DNA from: Kondoa subrosea
Taxonomy: Eukaryota
DNA: 64,000 nt
Direction of reading: 5' to 3'
Assembly: GCA_039545335.1 (NCBI GenBank)
Contig: BCIN01000001.1
Span: 2,353,129-2,417,128, forward strand
Positions 22,255 through 35,264 of this stretch are shown here, piece by piece. The notes under the pieces are model-generated. The model had not been told where the DNA came from, did no database searches, and saw only the letters and a program-made list of their open reading frames with translations. The position numbers and the translations under genes were made by a program. Numbering within the stretch: position 1 is the first letter of the stretch; each line of letters begins with the position of its first letter.

Positions 22255-23204
22255 TTACAGGAACAGACTGCCTACAGTGGCCAAACCAGTGAGGCCAATT
22301 ACAACATAACCTAGGCAACTATATCAGATTGAGCGTGGGTAAAAGCGAGATAGCACTAACCCGCAGTGTAAGCAGTCTTCAGCTCGAGTACTGTCCGATG
22401 AAAGGCCTGTGATCAGCATTTGAAGTCATGGTGGGACATGAAACTTACAGTAGCCCATGTCCCAACTCAACTGATGGACACTGTTAGTCACAGTGCAGAG
22501 ACTCGGTAGACTGCCAACTTACATGTCTCAAACCGTTGAATGTGTGGAACCAGAATGGCGCAGCCAGAATTGCCTTAGCACTGTATTTGAACCTAACGAC
22601 GGCGGATAGTCAGACTATAATATTCGTTAGCATGGAAAGGACGCTGACCAGCCAGGTAAACTGGAGTAGACACTGATCAGATCGGCACTGTCGAATCCAG
22701 CACCAAAGGCGGGTGCAACGAGGTAGCTGCATGCGAAAGCGTAAAAACCTGATGTCCGATAATGTTGAGGGCGAGCAGGTGAACAGGTCTCGAGCGATTA
22801 CTTACCGACACTCAATCCTGTTCCGGTCACTCGATTGGCGATGGAGCTGAGCCATGTCAATTGTGGTTCATCTGTATGCTTGGTATGAGCTAATGCAAGG
22901 TATCCTGGGATGGTGAGAGACTGACAGATAGTAAAATGAGGGGAAGAAGGCCTCAATTTGCGCTGAGCTGCTAGAAGATCAAGGTTTTGCTGTGGAGTCA
23001 AGCTCTGAGTTGCTACAGCTCTGTTCATCCATAGTAATCAGACGATATTCAAGAATGGTGAGCCAATAAGATCGACCTGATTTGTTGAGATTTGGATGCC
23101 AAAGCCATTTCTGTCAATGCCAGTCAGCTGATTCTCCCAGAATTGCGCCAAAGAGGCTCACGTCTGCGCAAGGCAGGTGCGAATGTCCTTGCTACAGTCG
23201 ACAT
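22255..23204 (-). CDS. SDH3: Succinate dehydrogenase cytochrome b560 subunit
   Basis: Mitochondrial presequence; 'RKLRPSSPHFTIYEPQLTWLSSIANRVTG', 'FHTFNGLRHLSWDMG'. Confidence 0.92.
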
Positions 23205-24002
23205 GGTGTTTGCGAAATAACCCGACAAGCTTTCTTCTCGCTGCAATGACTTGCTCTGAGTACTCCTGTGTTTGTTCAGGCTGTAGTCTGATCTCATATG
23301 CCTCATTTATTGCTCTCTACTGCTGCCTCTTTGTGCAGGAATCGTTTTTCGTCCTTCCGCTATGCTTGACCTGCTGAAGTCTCGTTCATTTGTCTGTAAT
23401 TGCTTCCTGAAAGCTCTTTCATTGGTGTTTGTCAGAGCTGTCGTATTCTCCCGTCCCCTGTTAGGGGCAAAAGGTATCAAGAACGACTCAAAACACAGGA
23501 AAAGCATCCTGAGCGGCGATACTGTAGCTGTGCTGTACATCGCTTCGAGATTTCTTATGCTTCACATTGTTCCTCTGTCTGTCATTGCTCTGTGTGGAGT
23601 CTGAGCGAGATCGCGCAGTGGTCATCGCATATTGACAATCCTGCTCCAACTGTTACATCTCAAAAGGCGTCTCAGTACATCGTCTGATCGATCAAAGCAC
23701 CACAGTAGTCGGCAGCTTGAATGGCTTGATGATTGATCAAATAGTAATGCACTGATGGTACGCAATGACGAGTCTGACAGACAGGATGCTACAGCGAATC
23801 AAGCTTTCTGATTATGCGTTTTTAGAACATACACGTATAAATCATAGTCTGCATAGAAGCCAGTATGGTACTCAACTTATTTACATGTACCAGCTGCCCT
23901 CCTGCGCGCATATGGTACGGCCAATACAAGGCTAATCTAATTTAACGAACTTCCCCAGGTCTTGCGGTTATTTGGAACGCTTCCTGTAGTTGCACAAGCA
24001 CA

Positions 24003-26331
24003 ATGGCTACGAAACATATTGTAGCAGACACGAAATCACTTGTTACAGACTCGTTGGTGAGCCGCTCTGCCTACACGAGCAATAGCTTTCGCTGATTTCT
24101 TGCTCTCCACAAGGCTGGACTGGTTTATGGCAATCCGTCAGTACTCCAATGCATGCAGTTGACCTCAATTTAACATGGATACAGATCGCTAGGACTAGAT
24201 TTGGAGAACAAGGTGAGCTTCTTGGAGTTGGCACGCTATCTTGTACCAAACATGTTCATGCACTAACATTACAGGTCGTCTATCGCGCAAACCTTGCTAA
24301 AGATCAAGTGCACATTGTCAGCGGAGGAGGCTCAGGTCATGAGCCAGTAAGTTATCTATCATCTTTACTCGTCAAACATAGTTTTGATGCTCATGATTTT
24401 CCAGGCTCACGCAGCTTTCGTTGGCGAAGGAATCCTCTCTGCTGCAGTTTGTGGTCAAGTGTTCGCATCACCTAACTCCAAGCAGGTCTCTGCCGCTTTG
24501 GATCGGCTAGCAGTCGGTAAAGGTACACTTGTTGTTGTCAAGAATTACACTGGCGATGTCTTGCAATTCGGTTTGGCCAAAGAACGGTTCTCTGCTCTCA
24601 ATGCTGGAAATGATAGCGTTCGAATGGTTGTCGTTGGAGAAGACGTAGCGGTTGGTAGAGAACAAGGAGGAATTGTGGGCAGAAGAGGTCTAGCAGCAAC
24701 CGTCTTGGTCTACAAGATCGCTGGTGCTTTGGCTGCGCAAGGGTGAGTCTGGTTTTCCCGCGGATTGATTAATTGCAGCTCATTCTATCCATAGAGCTTC
24801 CTTGAACGATGTTCATGCAGTTGCTCAATACGTAGCTGATAATTCGGTCACAATTGGTGTTGGTCTAGAACACTGCCATGTTCGTACGTCGACTTGTTCC
24901 TGATCAGCGACTTTCTGGAACTGATCCTCTTATCTCAGCCGGCAATGAAAGCGAGCCAAGTCACTTGGGCAAAGAAGAAGTCGAGATTGGCATGGGTATC
25001 CACAACGAACCTGGCAACCGTACAGCAAAGTTCACATCAACCTCAAGTCTAGTTGCCGACCTGATGCATTCTCTCACCGACAACAAAGACAAAGACCGCA
25101 ACTTCGTAGAGTTCTCACTTTCAGGCTCAGACAACGTTGTTCTTCTTGTCAACAATCTGGGCGGTCTCTCGGACTTGGAACTGGGCGTTGCGCTGAAAGA
25201 AGCGGGTTCTTGGTGCTCAGAACACAAGATCAGTGTTAAAAGAGCAATCAGTGGCACATGTGAGACCTTCTGCGGCTTGGAGACAAATCCTGACCTTTCT
25301 CTTAGTCATGACTTCCTTAAACATGCCTGGTTTCAGCATCTCTCTCGTTCGCCTGCCAACAGAAGACGCGACTGTGTCCGGTTTCTCCATTTCCGCTTCC
25401 ACACTGTTGGAGTTGCTCGATGCCGAAGCCAAGGCTCCTGCTTGGAAATACACACCCAAGAGCGAGCCTTCTGTGGATACCCTTTCAGGAAAAGATCAAT
25501 CACCTGTCAAAAGTAAGAACTCCGATGGGACAAAAGGTGGTCCAGCGATTCCAGACAGCAAGAAATTCCTTGAGGCTGTTACTGCTGCTTGCAAAGCAGG
25601 TATCGCTGCTGAGCGGGAATTGACTGAATATGATAGTATTTTAGGTGATGGTGATTGTGTAGGTTCTTTCCCTTGCTCCCCTGATGTCTCTTCTGAATGC
25701 ATGGAACAGGGACAAACCTTGAAAGCGGGTTGTGAAGGTAAGCCTATTCGGCGGCTCTTGATCACCAACTCATGAGATGCTCAGGTGTTTTGGCCAAAAT
25801 CGACAAGGATCAACTAGCTTCGGGCAATCTGGCTTCCGCTTTCATGGTGATCAGTGAGGTCGCTGAAGAGAAAATGGGTGGAACTTCTGGAGGTAATATG
25901 CCAGTCTCATCAGGCACCACTTGAAGCGCTGACCTGTTTCTCTATCAGCGCTCTATTCGATCTTCTTCAATGCTTTGGCAGCAGAGTTTGCCAAGTTGGA
26001 CGAGGACGCCAAAGTCGATGCTTCTACTTGGGCGAAGGCTTTGGAAGCTACACTGAACAAGTTCTACGGTTACACTCGAGCAAGACCTCCTTCCAGAACA
26101 TTGGTTGATCCGCTCAGCTCGTTTATCTTAACCTTGGCATCTGAACCAGATAGTGTAGCTGGCGCCTACCACGCCGCTAAGCAGGCTCAAGAAGCAACTG
26201 CTACATTGGACGCCAAAGCAGGCAGAGCGGCATACATCGAGAAGAGCAAGGTCTCTGAATCAAAGATCCCCGACGCTGGAGCTACGGGTGTAATACGTTT
26301 ACTTGATGGCTTGATCAAGGTTATTGTGTGA
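24003..26331 (+). CDS. DAK1: Dihydroxyacetone kinase (DAK1+DAK2 domains)
   Basis: 'SGGGSGHEPAH', 'VKNYTGD', 'GRRGLA', 'GMGIHNEPG', 'GDGDCG', 'MGGTSG', 'AGRAAY', 'PDAGA'. Confidence 0.95.
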
Positions 26332-26471
26332 AAAACAAAGGGGAAATGATGAAATTGTGGGCTCAAATTGATGCAACATGTATTATTCTACAAAGATTGT
26401 ATGGCGAAATACAGAGGGTACAACTACAACGGATTTGACATGATTGTGCTACTTACTCTTCCTCTTAATAC

Positions 26472-29400
26472 TTATTCTCCCTCTTCTTCTTCTTCCTCCT
26501 CCTCGATGATCCCACTGCGTAAGCCCAAGCCAACAGGTCTCCCATTATTGCCTTGACTGTTTTCCGTTCGGCCTGCAAAGAGGGCCTCGTTGACTCCAGC
26601 ATATCTACCGGCGCCTAGAATATGACCCAACGGGAACGACTCTTTTTCTGGCGAAGTGCCGGTGCTGTACGGAATGTTTTGCCCAAATCCACAACCCAAA
26701 CCATTTAGAGGATCGTCTTCGTCTATCCATTCGGTGTCTTCAGACCCTCCTTTGCTGCTGAAAACATCCCTATGCTTAGGTTTCGTCATCGCAGATACAG
26801 TTGACCTTGGCCGATGGGTTGGGTTTGATGCAGTAACGGCAGGCGAGGCGAAAGCGGAGGATGATTTGTGTGCAGTAAAGACCGTGCGACCAATAGGATG
26901 AAAGTCAGCTGCTTTGACTGGTGCTTCAGCCTGAGTTGTATCTCCAGAAAGTTTGCGCAACGCTCTAGCTCGTTCTGAATCGATGTCTTCCGTCTCAACA
27001 TCTTCAAGAATCACTTCGTGATCCACGCCAATCATCGGAGAAGCGTTTGATTCCAGTTCCGACAAGGATGAGCGCCTCGACGAGTTTGACTTATAAGACG
27101 CATTCGAATTTCGCCGGGCATGAGGCGGTCTGGTTGAGGTCTTTGTGTATCTTCGGACTTGAGTAGTAGTGGTGGGAGGTCTGCGAAAGTTTGGCGCAGG
27201 GGATGAAGAGTCTCTTTGCGAGCGATGAGAAGCTGTAGACCCGAAAGACCCTGCTTTCTTGTGTCTAGACTGAACACGCTGACCATTCGAAGAGCTTGAC
27301 CGAGCAATCTGAATATCTGCACTTCCGGCGCGGTCCTGAAATTCTGCAGAAGCTTGAGATGCCGGACGAGAGTTGGGCAAGTAATCGGATTTTGGTGTTG
27401 CATCGCCAGCATAAGAATGATCAAAAGACGTTCGGCTACTTGCAGAGCGCCTTCTATCTTGACCTCTGTTGTAAGGCGTTCTGTCGAAAGATGATGACAA
27501 GCGAGGCGACTTTGCAGCTGAGTTATCGTAACCCGATAGAGTAACAGCCCCGGTAGATGACCTTCTGCTGCTAGTCGATTTTCTTGGCGCTTGCGGATCT
27601 GCGTGGGCGCTCATTTGCCTTCGATGGCTTGCAGCAGGACCGACCGTTGTGGACGCTCGCATCTTGATCATGCTGCTACCCTCAAATCCAGCCAAAGCAG
27701 TTTGACGTTTGCGTTTCTTTCGATCTTCATTGAACCACAGCTTGAAATTGGAGAACAAGCTTCCTCTGTTGCGTGGCTTGTTTTCGATGGGCGATGGAGC
27801 ATCTTCGGTGGTTGAGGCTGCAGTGGAAGAAATAGAATGAAAAGTATCCTGAGAGGTGGTAGAAGACATGAGCAAGCTCTCGTCTGCACTATCGCCCAAG
27901 GGAGGACTTGAGTAACCAAAAGCAGATGATAGATCTGCCCCTAGCGGCAATTGCTTTGAAGTGCTTGCGAGCGATGGTGACCATTGCTCACGTAGCCTAT
28001 CCTTGGACAATTTCTCGACTAGAGATGGTCTAGATTCAGATGCAGTAGTGCCAGTGCTTGATTTGCGAAAGAAACCAGCTAGAGGTGTAGATCGCCCGGA
28101 ATCAGTTGGAGCTTCAACTGAAACGAATTTGTCCGATTTGCTGAAAGCTGAGGTAGCTCTTTGCAGCATACTGACGGAAGCCGATCGAGGTTTTCCTTTT
28201 CCTTTTGCGTCTGTATCCAGCGATCGAGAAGGAGATGGCGTCGAGCCTTCCGCAGAGAAAGTTATCGGAGGAGTGCTCGGTCCGTCAAAATTACAAGGCA
28301 TTTGTATCGGTTCTGCAACAAAGCCAGGAGACGCTGGAGTAGTTCCTTCCGTTTGATTTTGGTACGATAGGGCAGAAGTACGGGAAGAAGAAGGACTGGT
28401 ACCTTCAATCTGATTTTGACTCTTTCGCCTCCTTTGCTTTGGCGATACTTCTGGTGAACTACTTGATCTATCTCGACGAGGGACAGGCGCTTCAAAAGTG
28501 TTGGCATTGATAGTTGGTCGGAGTGGTGTCATGGATACACCAGATTCGGATGACTGTTTTGCACGCCGAGTTCGAAGACTGTCTGCAGGACTAACAGGAC
28601 TTCGTAAATTGCTTTCCATTTCTGCTTCTTCCTTCTCCTCTGCTTTCTTACGTAATTGCCACCACATGGCACTGCTGCAGTCGCATGCATCTGTCCTGAC
28701 GCTATGAGTAATTTGGGCCGAGTCAAAGCCAACGTTCGAGAGGTGATCGAGGAGTCTGATATCAAGCGCCTGGGAAAAGGGAATGGTTTCGACTTGATCC
28801 AGCATGCTTTGATAATTGACGAAAGTATGCAGCTGAAGTGGTGCAAGGAGACGTTCAGATAGATTGCTCCCTACAGATCGGCGTTTCGTTCGAGACGGTG
28901 TGCGAGAATGAATAGTCATCGGTATCGAAGGAGATCCAAGCCCGACGCTAGATGATCTTGACATTGATGGTCCCCTTGGAAAGCGGAAAGGCAAACTGTT
29001 TTCTTCTTCATTGTTGCGAGGAGACGAAGAACTTCCAATTCTGGTATGATCGTGAAGAGGAGTCACTGCGTCAGAGCTGTCTTGAGATATTCTAGAGGTA
29101 AGAACAGCAGATTCTAAAGTCCGGTTATTGGGGAAATATCCCTCATTGCTTTCGTTGAAGTTCGCTTCTTTCGCATCAGGATGCCCAGAATCTAGTTCTT
29201 CTGGGATAGATATCGGCAAAGGTTCGTTATTGAAGATCGCTTGTTCGGAAGCAGATGCAGGAAGAATAATTTTGGAAAACCAAGCATGGCCCAGAATTTG
29301 CTTGATAGAGGGGCGGTCTTTCGGATCTAGCTTGAGGATGCTGCTGATCAAGTCACGTGGTTCTGCAGATGATTTGTCAATTCGCGAGGGACCATCAGCA

Positions 29401-30400
29401 ACACATTGACAAACCTTCTGGCAGCCAGGTAGGGATTTCATAATCCATCTGCTGAATCTTTGTTTTCATGACTTCTTCCTCGTCATCGTCAAACGGTAAG
29501 CTGCCGGTAAGAAGAGCATAGAGAATGACGCCTATAGACCAGACGTCGACCTCTGTATTAGATCCAAGCACGTCAACAAATTACTTTGCAAACTGCAACT
29601 GCAGACGACCGACCTTCGCCCATATATTTCCTACCAGCCAGCATCTCGGGACTAGCATATCCAGTAGTACCACAATACGTCTCCATCATTTTGCTCTTCT
29701 CGAACTCTCTCCCAAACCCAAAATCCGCAATCTTGACATTACATTTCTCGTCAAGCAGAACGTTTTCCAACTTGAGATCCCGATGAACAACTCCTTGAGC
29801 ATGAACGTAACCCAATCCTAAGCATAATTGACCAAAGACTCGTCTTGCTTCGAATTCGTGTAATCTTCCTTGTTCGACCAAATAATCGAAGAGTTCACCA
29901 CCGGCACACAGTTCAAAGACTAGCCAAATACTCGTTTCTGTTGCAATAATTTCATAGAGTTGAACTACATTTGGGTGATGCAATTGGCGGTGATGATGGA
30001 TCTCCCTTGTAAGTAAAGGTGGAGTTGCAGAACGAGGGATTTGTTTTATTGCGCATCGAGTAGAAGTCAATCTATTGAGCGCTAGTCGAACGCATCCAAA
30101 TGATCCTGCAAGCATGACATTCTATTTGAGCTTCCGAATCCCATTACTTCAGCGCTGGAATAGCAATTGCTTACCTTCGCCAATGATTCTACCGAGAGTA
30201 TAGTTACCCACTACTTTAATTTGAGTGGAGTAAAGCTCTTTGCCCAGTTCGACATAAGCATTAGAAAGCTTTAATGGATGCAAGTCAGCAATTCAGGATT
30301 AAGGGCAGATTGATGACCGATGGACGCGTACTAAGTTCCGAGCACCTGATTGCTTTGAATATGAGTCTCCTGCTCGATGACCGCGAGCCCATGCTGCCAT
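26472..30400 (-). CDS. CAMK-like (MARK/Ppk16-like) Ser/Thr kinase with long S-rich tail
   Basis: '[15 protein letters not shown]', 'HRDLKLEN', 'DFGF', '[10 protein letters not shown]', 'DVWSIG'; long disordered C-terminus. Confidence 0.9.
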
Positions 30401-30668
30401 TGGATTCCGTTGAAACAAATAATGCGAATGACAAAAGAAGCAAGGCGGGTATCTATGCTAGGGAATTCATCCAGTGCTGCCAACCGCACACCTCTCTAAG
30501 GGGAGTTGCGGACACACTTGAGAAGCTCGTTTGAGCGTGAGATCAATGCAAATATATACTTACACTGCTTGACCTCGTGCAAGCGACAGGCAATTCGTTG
30601 TAGTCGTATGCCTAGCTTTGTACCTCTTCCGCACCGCGCTGACTCTGTTGCTACATGCTCTAGACACT

Positions 30669-31455
30669 ATGCTGCCAGCCAAGAAGAACAAGATTGATCT
30701 TTCTGTGAGTGTTAGCGAGGCCACGCTAGACTGGCAACGCGCACAAAGGGACTGATTGGTATCTTCATTTGTATCGTATGCAGACGCTTGATGAGCAAGA
30801 GAAGCAGCTCTTCTCTGTAAGTTCAGACTCTCTCCCGCTCATCCAAGTGTGAGACGAGGGGTCCTAATTCTCCTGTCTTCTCATGTCCATAGAAGTATGG
30901 CCAAATGCCAGCAAAGAAGAACAACCTCTTGGCCAAGACTAAAGAACGCAAATACTTTGATTCGTTAGTGGTGTTGTTATATCCCAACAAGGGTCAGGTG
31001 CTTACAACTGTGCCGAACCCATAAGTGGTGATTACGCTTTAGCTAAAGCTGGCAAGACTACTGAAGACGCAGTCGGTACAACTGTTCCTACTCCAGCTAA
31101 TGTTCCACATTCCTCTTCTCCAATTCAACCAATGACTTTGAGCGGTTCTCCTCCTACTGGCATCACTCCTATCAGCTTGACCGCAAGTGCAGAGTCCATT
31201 CAGAACGGTAATCCTGATCACGTCAGTTTCTTTTCTTTTTCAATCTATACATATACTCATAATTATAATGTTAAATCAAAGGTCGGCGTCGCTAGCTCTC
31301 CTGTCAAAGAATCTCGTCTCTCTCGTCAATTCGATAGCGATAACCGACTTGATGGTCTCAGCCCTTTGGCTCACGGTACTAGCACTCATCCTGAATCTGG
31401 CAGCTTCTCCTCAAACACCGAGTCCGCTCCTCAACCGATTGGCAAACCTCAATAG
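30669..31455 (+). CDS. IGO1: Endosulfine / ARPP-19 family protein
   Basis: Spliced 'KYGQMPAKK...KERKYFDSGDYALAKAG', the Greatwall/Rim15 phosphosite motif. Confidence 0.9.
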
Positions 31456-31610
31456 GCGTACTTGTCATCAGATGACATACTTTTAAGGGAGAGCAGAATA
31501 TCTGAAAGCATTGTATATATAGCAACAACGAGCAGAGAAAGGAACAACATCTTGGTGTTTCTTAGTAAGTCTCGAATATTTTTTGTAACAATTCAAGCAA
31601 ACGTTTTATT

Positions 31611-33351
31611 TCATGAATCAATTTGCATCTCGTTCTTGTCGCTTCCCGGTAACCAGAAAGCCTGTTCGCGAGCATATCGGAAGTTAGTAATCTGAAATGC
31701 GTGAGCCAAAGGGGATATTACCAGTTCCATGCCACCGCTAACCATCATTCCTAATTTCGGGTTGAAGTTTACTACTCGAGCTGGGTTTCCTTTATGGCCT
31801 TCCAGCACTTGCATTGGTCTCAAAGTATGTTCTGGTCCAAAAGGTGTTCGTTGAGGTTGACTACCTTCAGGTGGGTTAACATCCCAAATTGAAATCTTGC
31901 CATCTTGTGAGCCTATCCATCAAAATCAGGACGAGGTTCTAAAGTCAGTGAGGAGAAGATCGAATCACCTGCCATAACATAGCGACTATCAGGAGACCAA
32001 GAAATATCTTCACCTGATGCCAAAACTCTTGCATCTGGAGTGATAGCAACCATTTCCATCCCACTGTTTTCTGTTCCCCTCATAAACCGTTAACTTTTTC
32101 TTCAAATCGATATGCAACCGTTGCAGAAAAGCGCACCTTCTTCTAATCTCGCTAAAATTCCACCGCTGAAAGAATCAAGAACGTAATGTACTTTCCCAGC
32201 CGTACCGATCAATAACTGTTTCCCATCATTACTGAACCGACATGATGTGTAAGTTGGTAAGATTGGTGGGAAAGATTTTCGAAACAGTACTGGATCTTTA
32301 AGAGTTTCGGAAAGGAAGGGCGCCTTTTAACATAATAAGATTATTGAATCATTTACGATTGCGAGCTATATATGAGAATGGCTCACCTTGTCGTAATTAC
32401 GTATATCGTACATCAAGATAGCAGATTTTAGATTCAGCATCACAGCGAAAACAGCTCCAGTCGGATCGTAAGAGACACAAGGATGGCTGACTACATTCAA
32501 ATGACCCTGTAACACCGCGTTCTCAGTGGATTGGTCTACAATACCTGAGAGGATCAAGCCGACTTGACAATTCGGTGATCTTAGATCCCATAGTCTGACT
32601 GTATCATCCACTGCTGCTGATAAGAAGGTATCATCCACTGGTGACATTTCCAGAGATTGTACTCTTATCAGCCCCGATCAATTATGGTTTCGCGAGAACA
32701 TTGGCTGGAAAGCTTACTTCGCTTTATGTCCCTTGAAATAGCGAATAAATGTATTATCATGCGTTGACATATATCGAAGTTGATCTGTTCAAAGCTTGCG
32801 ATCTTAAGCTATCGCCGGCAATCGAAAAATCGAAACAAGGGACTGACCGTCCTCTTTCGTGCTCGCAAAGATAACATTTGATGGATTATGAGTGAACCGA
32901 GCTAAATGACACCCATACTTCTTTGAATAGATCTGTTTAGCGTGTCTATTCCTATTGTATTAGATATAATTCCTGATTCAGGCGACAAACGAAACTTACT
33001 TTCCAGTACGACAATTAAAGATTTGCATGGAGTCGTCTTCTGCAGAAGTGATGCAGTGGTCTCCTTTAGTATCAAAGGAGACGGAAGTGAAAGATCGAGT
33101 TGGTTCGTTGTGGTTCTTGAATACTCGAGCTGGTTTGAAAGAGCTCTGCAAACAAGCGAAAGAGGAAGAAGAAGTCATACGATAAGCATGAAATTCAGAC
33201 AAGCAAGAGGGATTTCGGAAAGACAGCGGGATACAGCTGCAGATAGAAAGTACGAGATGCGCATACGCGAATATCTATGGAAGAGGCTTACCATGAGCTC
33301 TGGTGTCAGTTCCAGGCGTCCCTTGGAGGTTGAAGCTACAGGTGCTGCCAT
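31611..33351 (-). CDS. SWD2: WD40 COMPASS/CPF subunit (WDR82)
   Basis: 'SFKPARVF', 'IYSKKYGCHLARFTH', 'STHDNTFIRYFKGH', 'MSPVDDTFLSAAVDDTVRLWDLRS'. Confidence 0.92.
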
Positions 33352-33509
33352 TCTTCACCCGAAGCCGCTCGCTGTTTGTGATTGAGATTCGAGCAAGAGG
33401 TTGTCTTCGAACGTATACCTCGCTCTAATCTTTGCGGTTTCGAGTACATTGTTGAGCTCAGCAGAATCAGCCCCTGCGTGTAAGAGCTGCTGGTCACAAG
33501 TGGATAGAT

Positions 33510-34048
33510 ATGGCTGCAAGTTTCGCTTCACAAGGCTATTGATCGGTAAACTCAACTATAATGCCTTGGTATACAGTCCGGTTTCGGTTTCACAGGAGGA
33601 AGATCTAGGTGTTTCCCTTTCTGGCAAGGTAAGGCTCAGACTCAAATTGTAGGCCTAATGAAACTTTGGCTGAAACTCAAGGGGATAATGAATTACAGAA
33701 TTCTCGAAATGTTATGCAACTGCTGGGAAACCTGAAGATTGCGCTTTAGCAAAAGATGATTACATGGAATGTCTGCATCACACAAAAGAAGTCAGTCTTA
33801 CATCCGATAGTAGACAGCCCATGGAAAGTGATTGCTAAACCAGATTGTGCTTTCTATAGGTGCAACGAGCTAAAATCGTCAAAGCTCATTATCTCTCACG
33901 ACAAAGCAAGGATCTGGAAGCGAAGAGGCACGAAGCTGAGACTAAAGCAGTATCGGGGATCATGTCACTGGGGTTGCTGAAAGATGAGGAAGATCCGCCG
34001 GCAAAAGCGCAACCGCAACAGAAGGAAAGTAGCGAGAAGTCAGATTGA
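33510..34048 (+). CDS. NDUFS5: Complex I NDUFS5-like subunit (twin CX9C)
   Basis: Spliced MASGFGFTGGRSRCFPFWQEFSKCY...EDCALAKDDYMECLHHTKE; first intron is GC-AG. Confidence 0.85.
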
Positions 34049-34521
34049 GCATTGTGTGTATATTTGGCAAGAGAAGAAATGATATAACTCTAGCTGCGAG
34101 ATCCTGCGTCGCTTTCTTTTCTTATTTGTCATTCTTCTTCTCCCTTTCCGCGCTTCCGAAGGTCTTTTGGATTCACCTTCTCCACTCTGTCTTTTTGAGA
34201 GGTGCTCTTGCCTGTAGCCATTCATTGTTCTCCGAAATTTCTCGATGATGTGCCTTCCAACGGGACATGCTTTACTTGCTATTGTGCGATGCTCCGACAA
34301 TGAGCACAGAAGTGAATACATTGGAGTCGAGCGAAAATGTCATTGCGGATGGTGACCAGTCAGACTGAATGCTTGGTCTATGCCAAATGATGCAATTACA
34401 TTAACAATGAACTATTCTATACATTTTTAAAGCTCTTTCGGTGAGGATTCTCTGAATAATGAACGTCAGCAGCATTCTAGCTTCAGGGATGTTAGGAATC
34501 ATACCTTCCAAGTTATTGGCA

Positions 34522-35072
34522 TCACTTTGAATAGTCACTTTGACTCTTCCATGTCCAGAACCTAATCATCGCAAACATGATGATGAGTATAAAAGAAGAT
34601 GCATACCGCATCAAAGAAATGTACCTTGCTAGCCGATCTCGCCATGTGACTTGATCGCCCTTCTTTATCCTCATCAAAGCAGTTTCCAATTTCCTATAAT
34701 GATCTGGAAAAGAAGGTGGATTTAAGGTGCGTTTCGATAAAGGATACTGTTTTCCACGACAGCTCCCTTGATCAGCTCACAGCTACCACAGGGACATGTG
34801 TGAGCTTGTGCCAGACGAACTTGGGACAATGCTTTGTTAGCTATCAGATTATCCAGACTATGAATCATTTGAGTAGCATGCTGCGATTCTATTGGATTCA
34901 GCAATCGATCACTTTCTGCTGATTGTGGTGACTTTGAAATTGGAAAGGCTCGATTGGCAGATTCTTCGATTGCAGCTGCGAATTGAAATTTAGGTCTAAT
35001 GCTGTCTTTTGGCCAAGCTGAGGCTAAAGTCTTCAGCGACTGATTGATGTTCGAGCTGCGTAGGGAGGTCAT
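34522..35072 (-). CDS. CBP6: Cbp6/UQCC2-like complex III assembly factor
   Basis: 'AWPKDSIRP', 'SLDNLIANKA', 'YPLSKRTLNPPSFPDHYRKL' fit the fungal Cbp6 pattern. Confidence 0.65.
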
Positions 35073-35264
35073 CGCGGTTTGGGAGAAGCATCAGCAAATT
35101 ATGTAATTCAATTCTTGCCGAAGAGTCTTTCTGGCATGCACCGTGACTAATAAAGGCTCCTTTCATTGTTAGCAGCTGTTCGTTCTGACCATCATCTCCG
35201 ATTTTTCTGCCTTACGTTCGCTCGCTGCAGGGTCTGCTCGATTAAGCTTGGACAAGCAAAAATC

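Noticed and set aside
30669..30935. Duplicated PAKKN motif in IGO1
   Set aside because: Too short; it is within normal low-complexity basic sequence.
26472..31455. Kinase-substrate pair: kinase divergent from IGO1
   Set aside because: The kinase is CAMK-like, not the AGC-family Rim15/Greatwall kinase that phosphorylates endosulfines.
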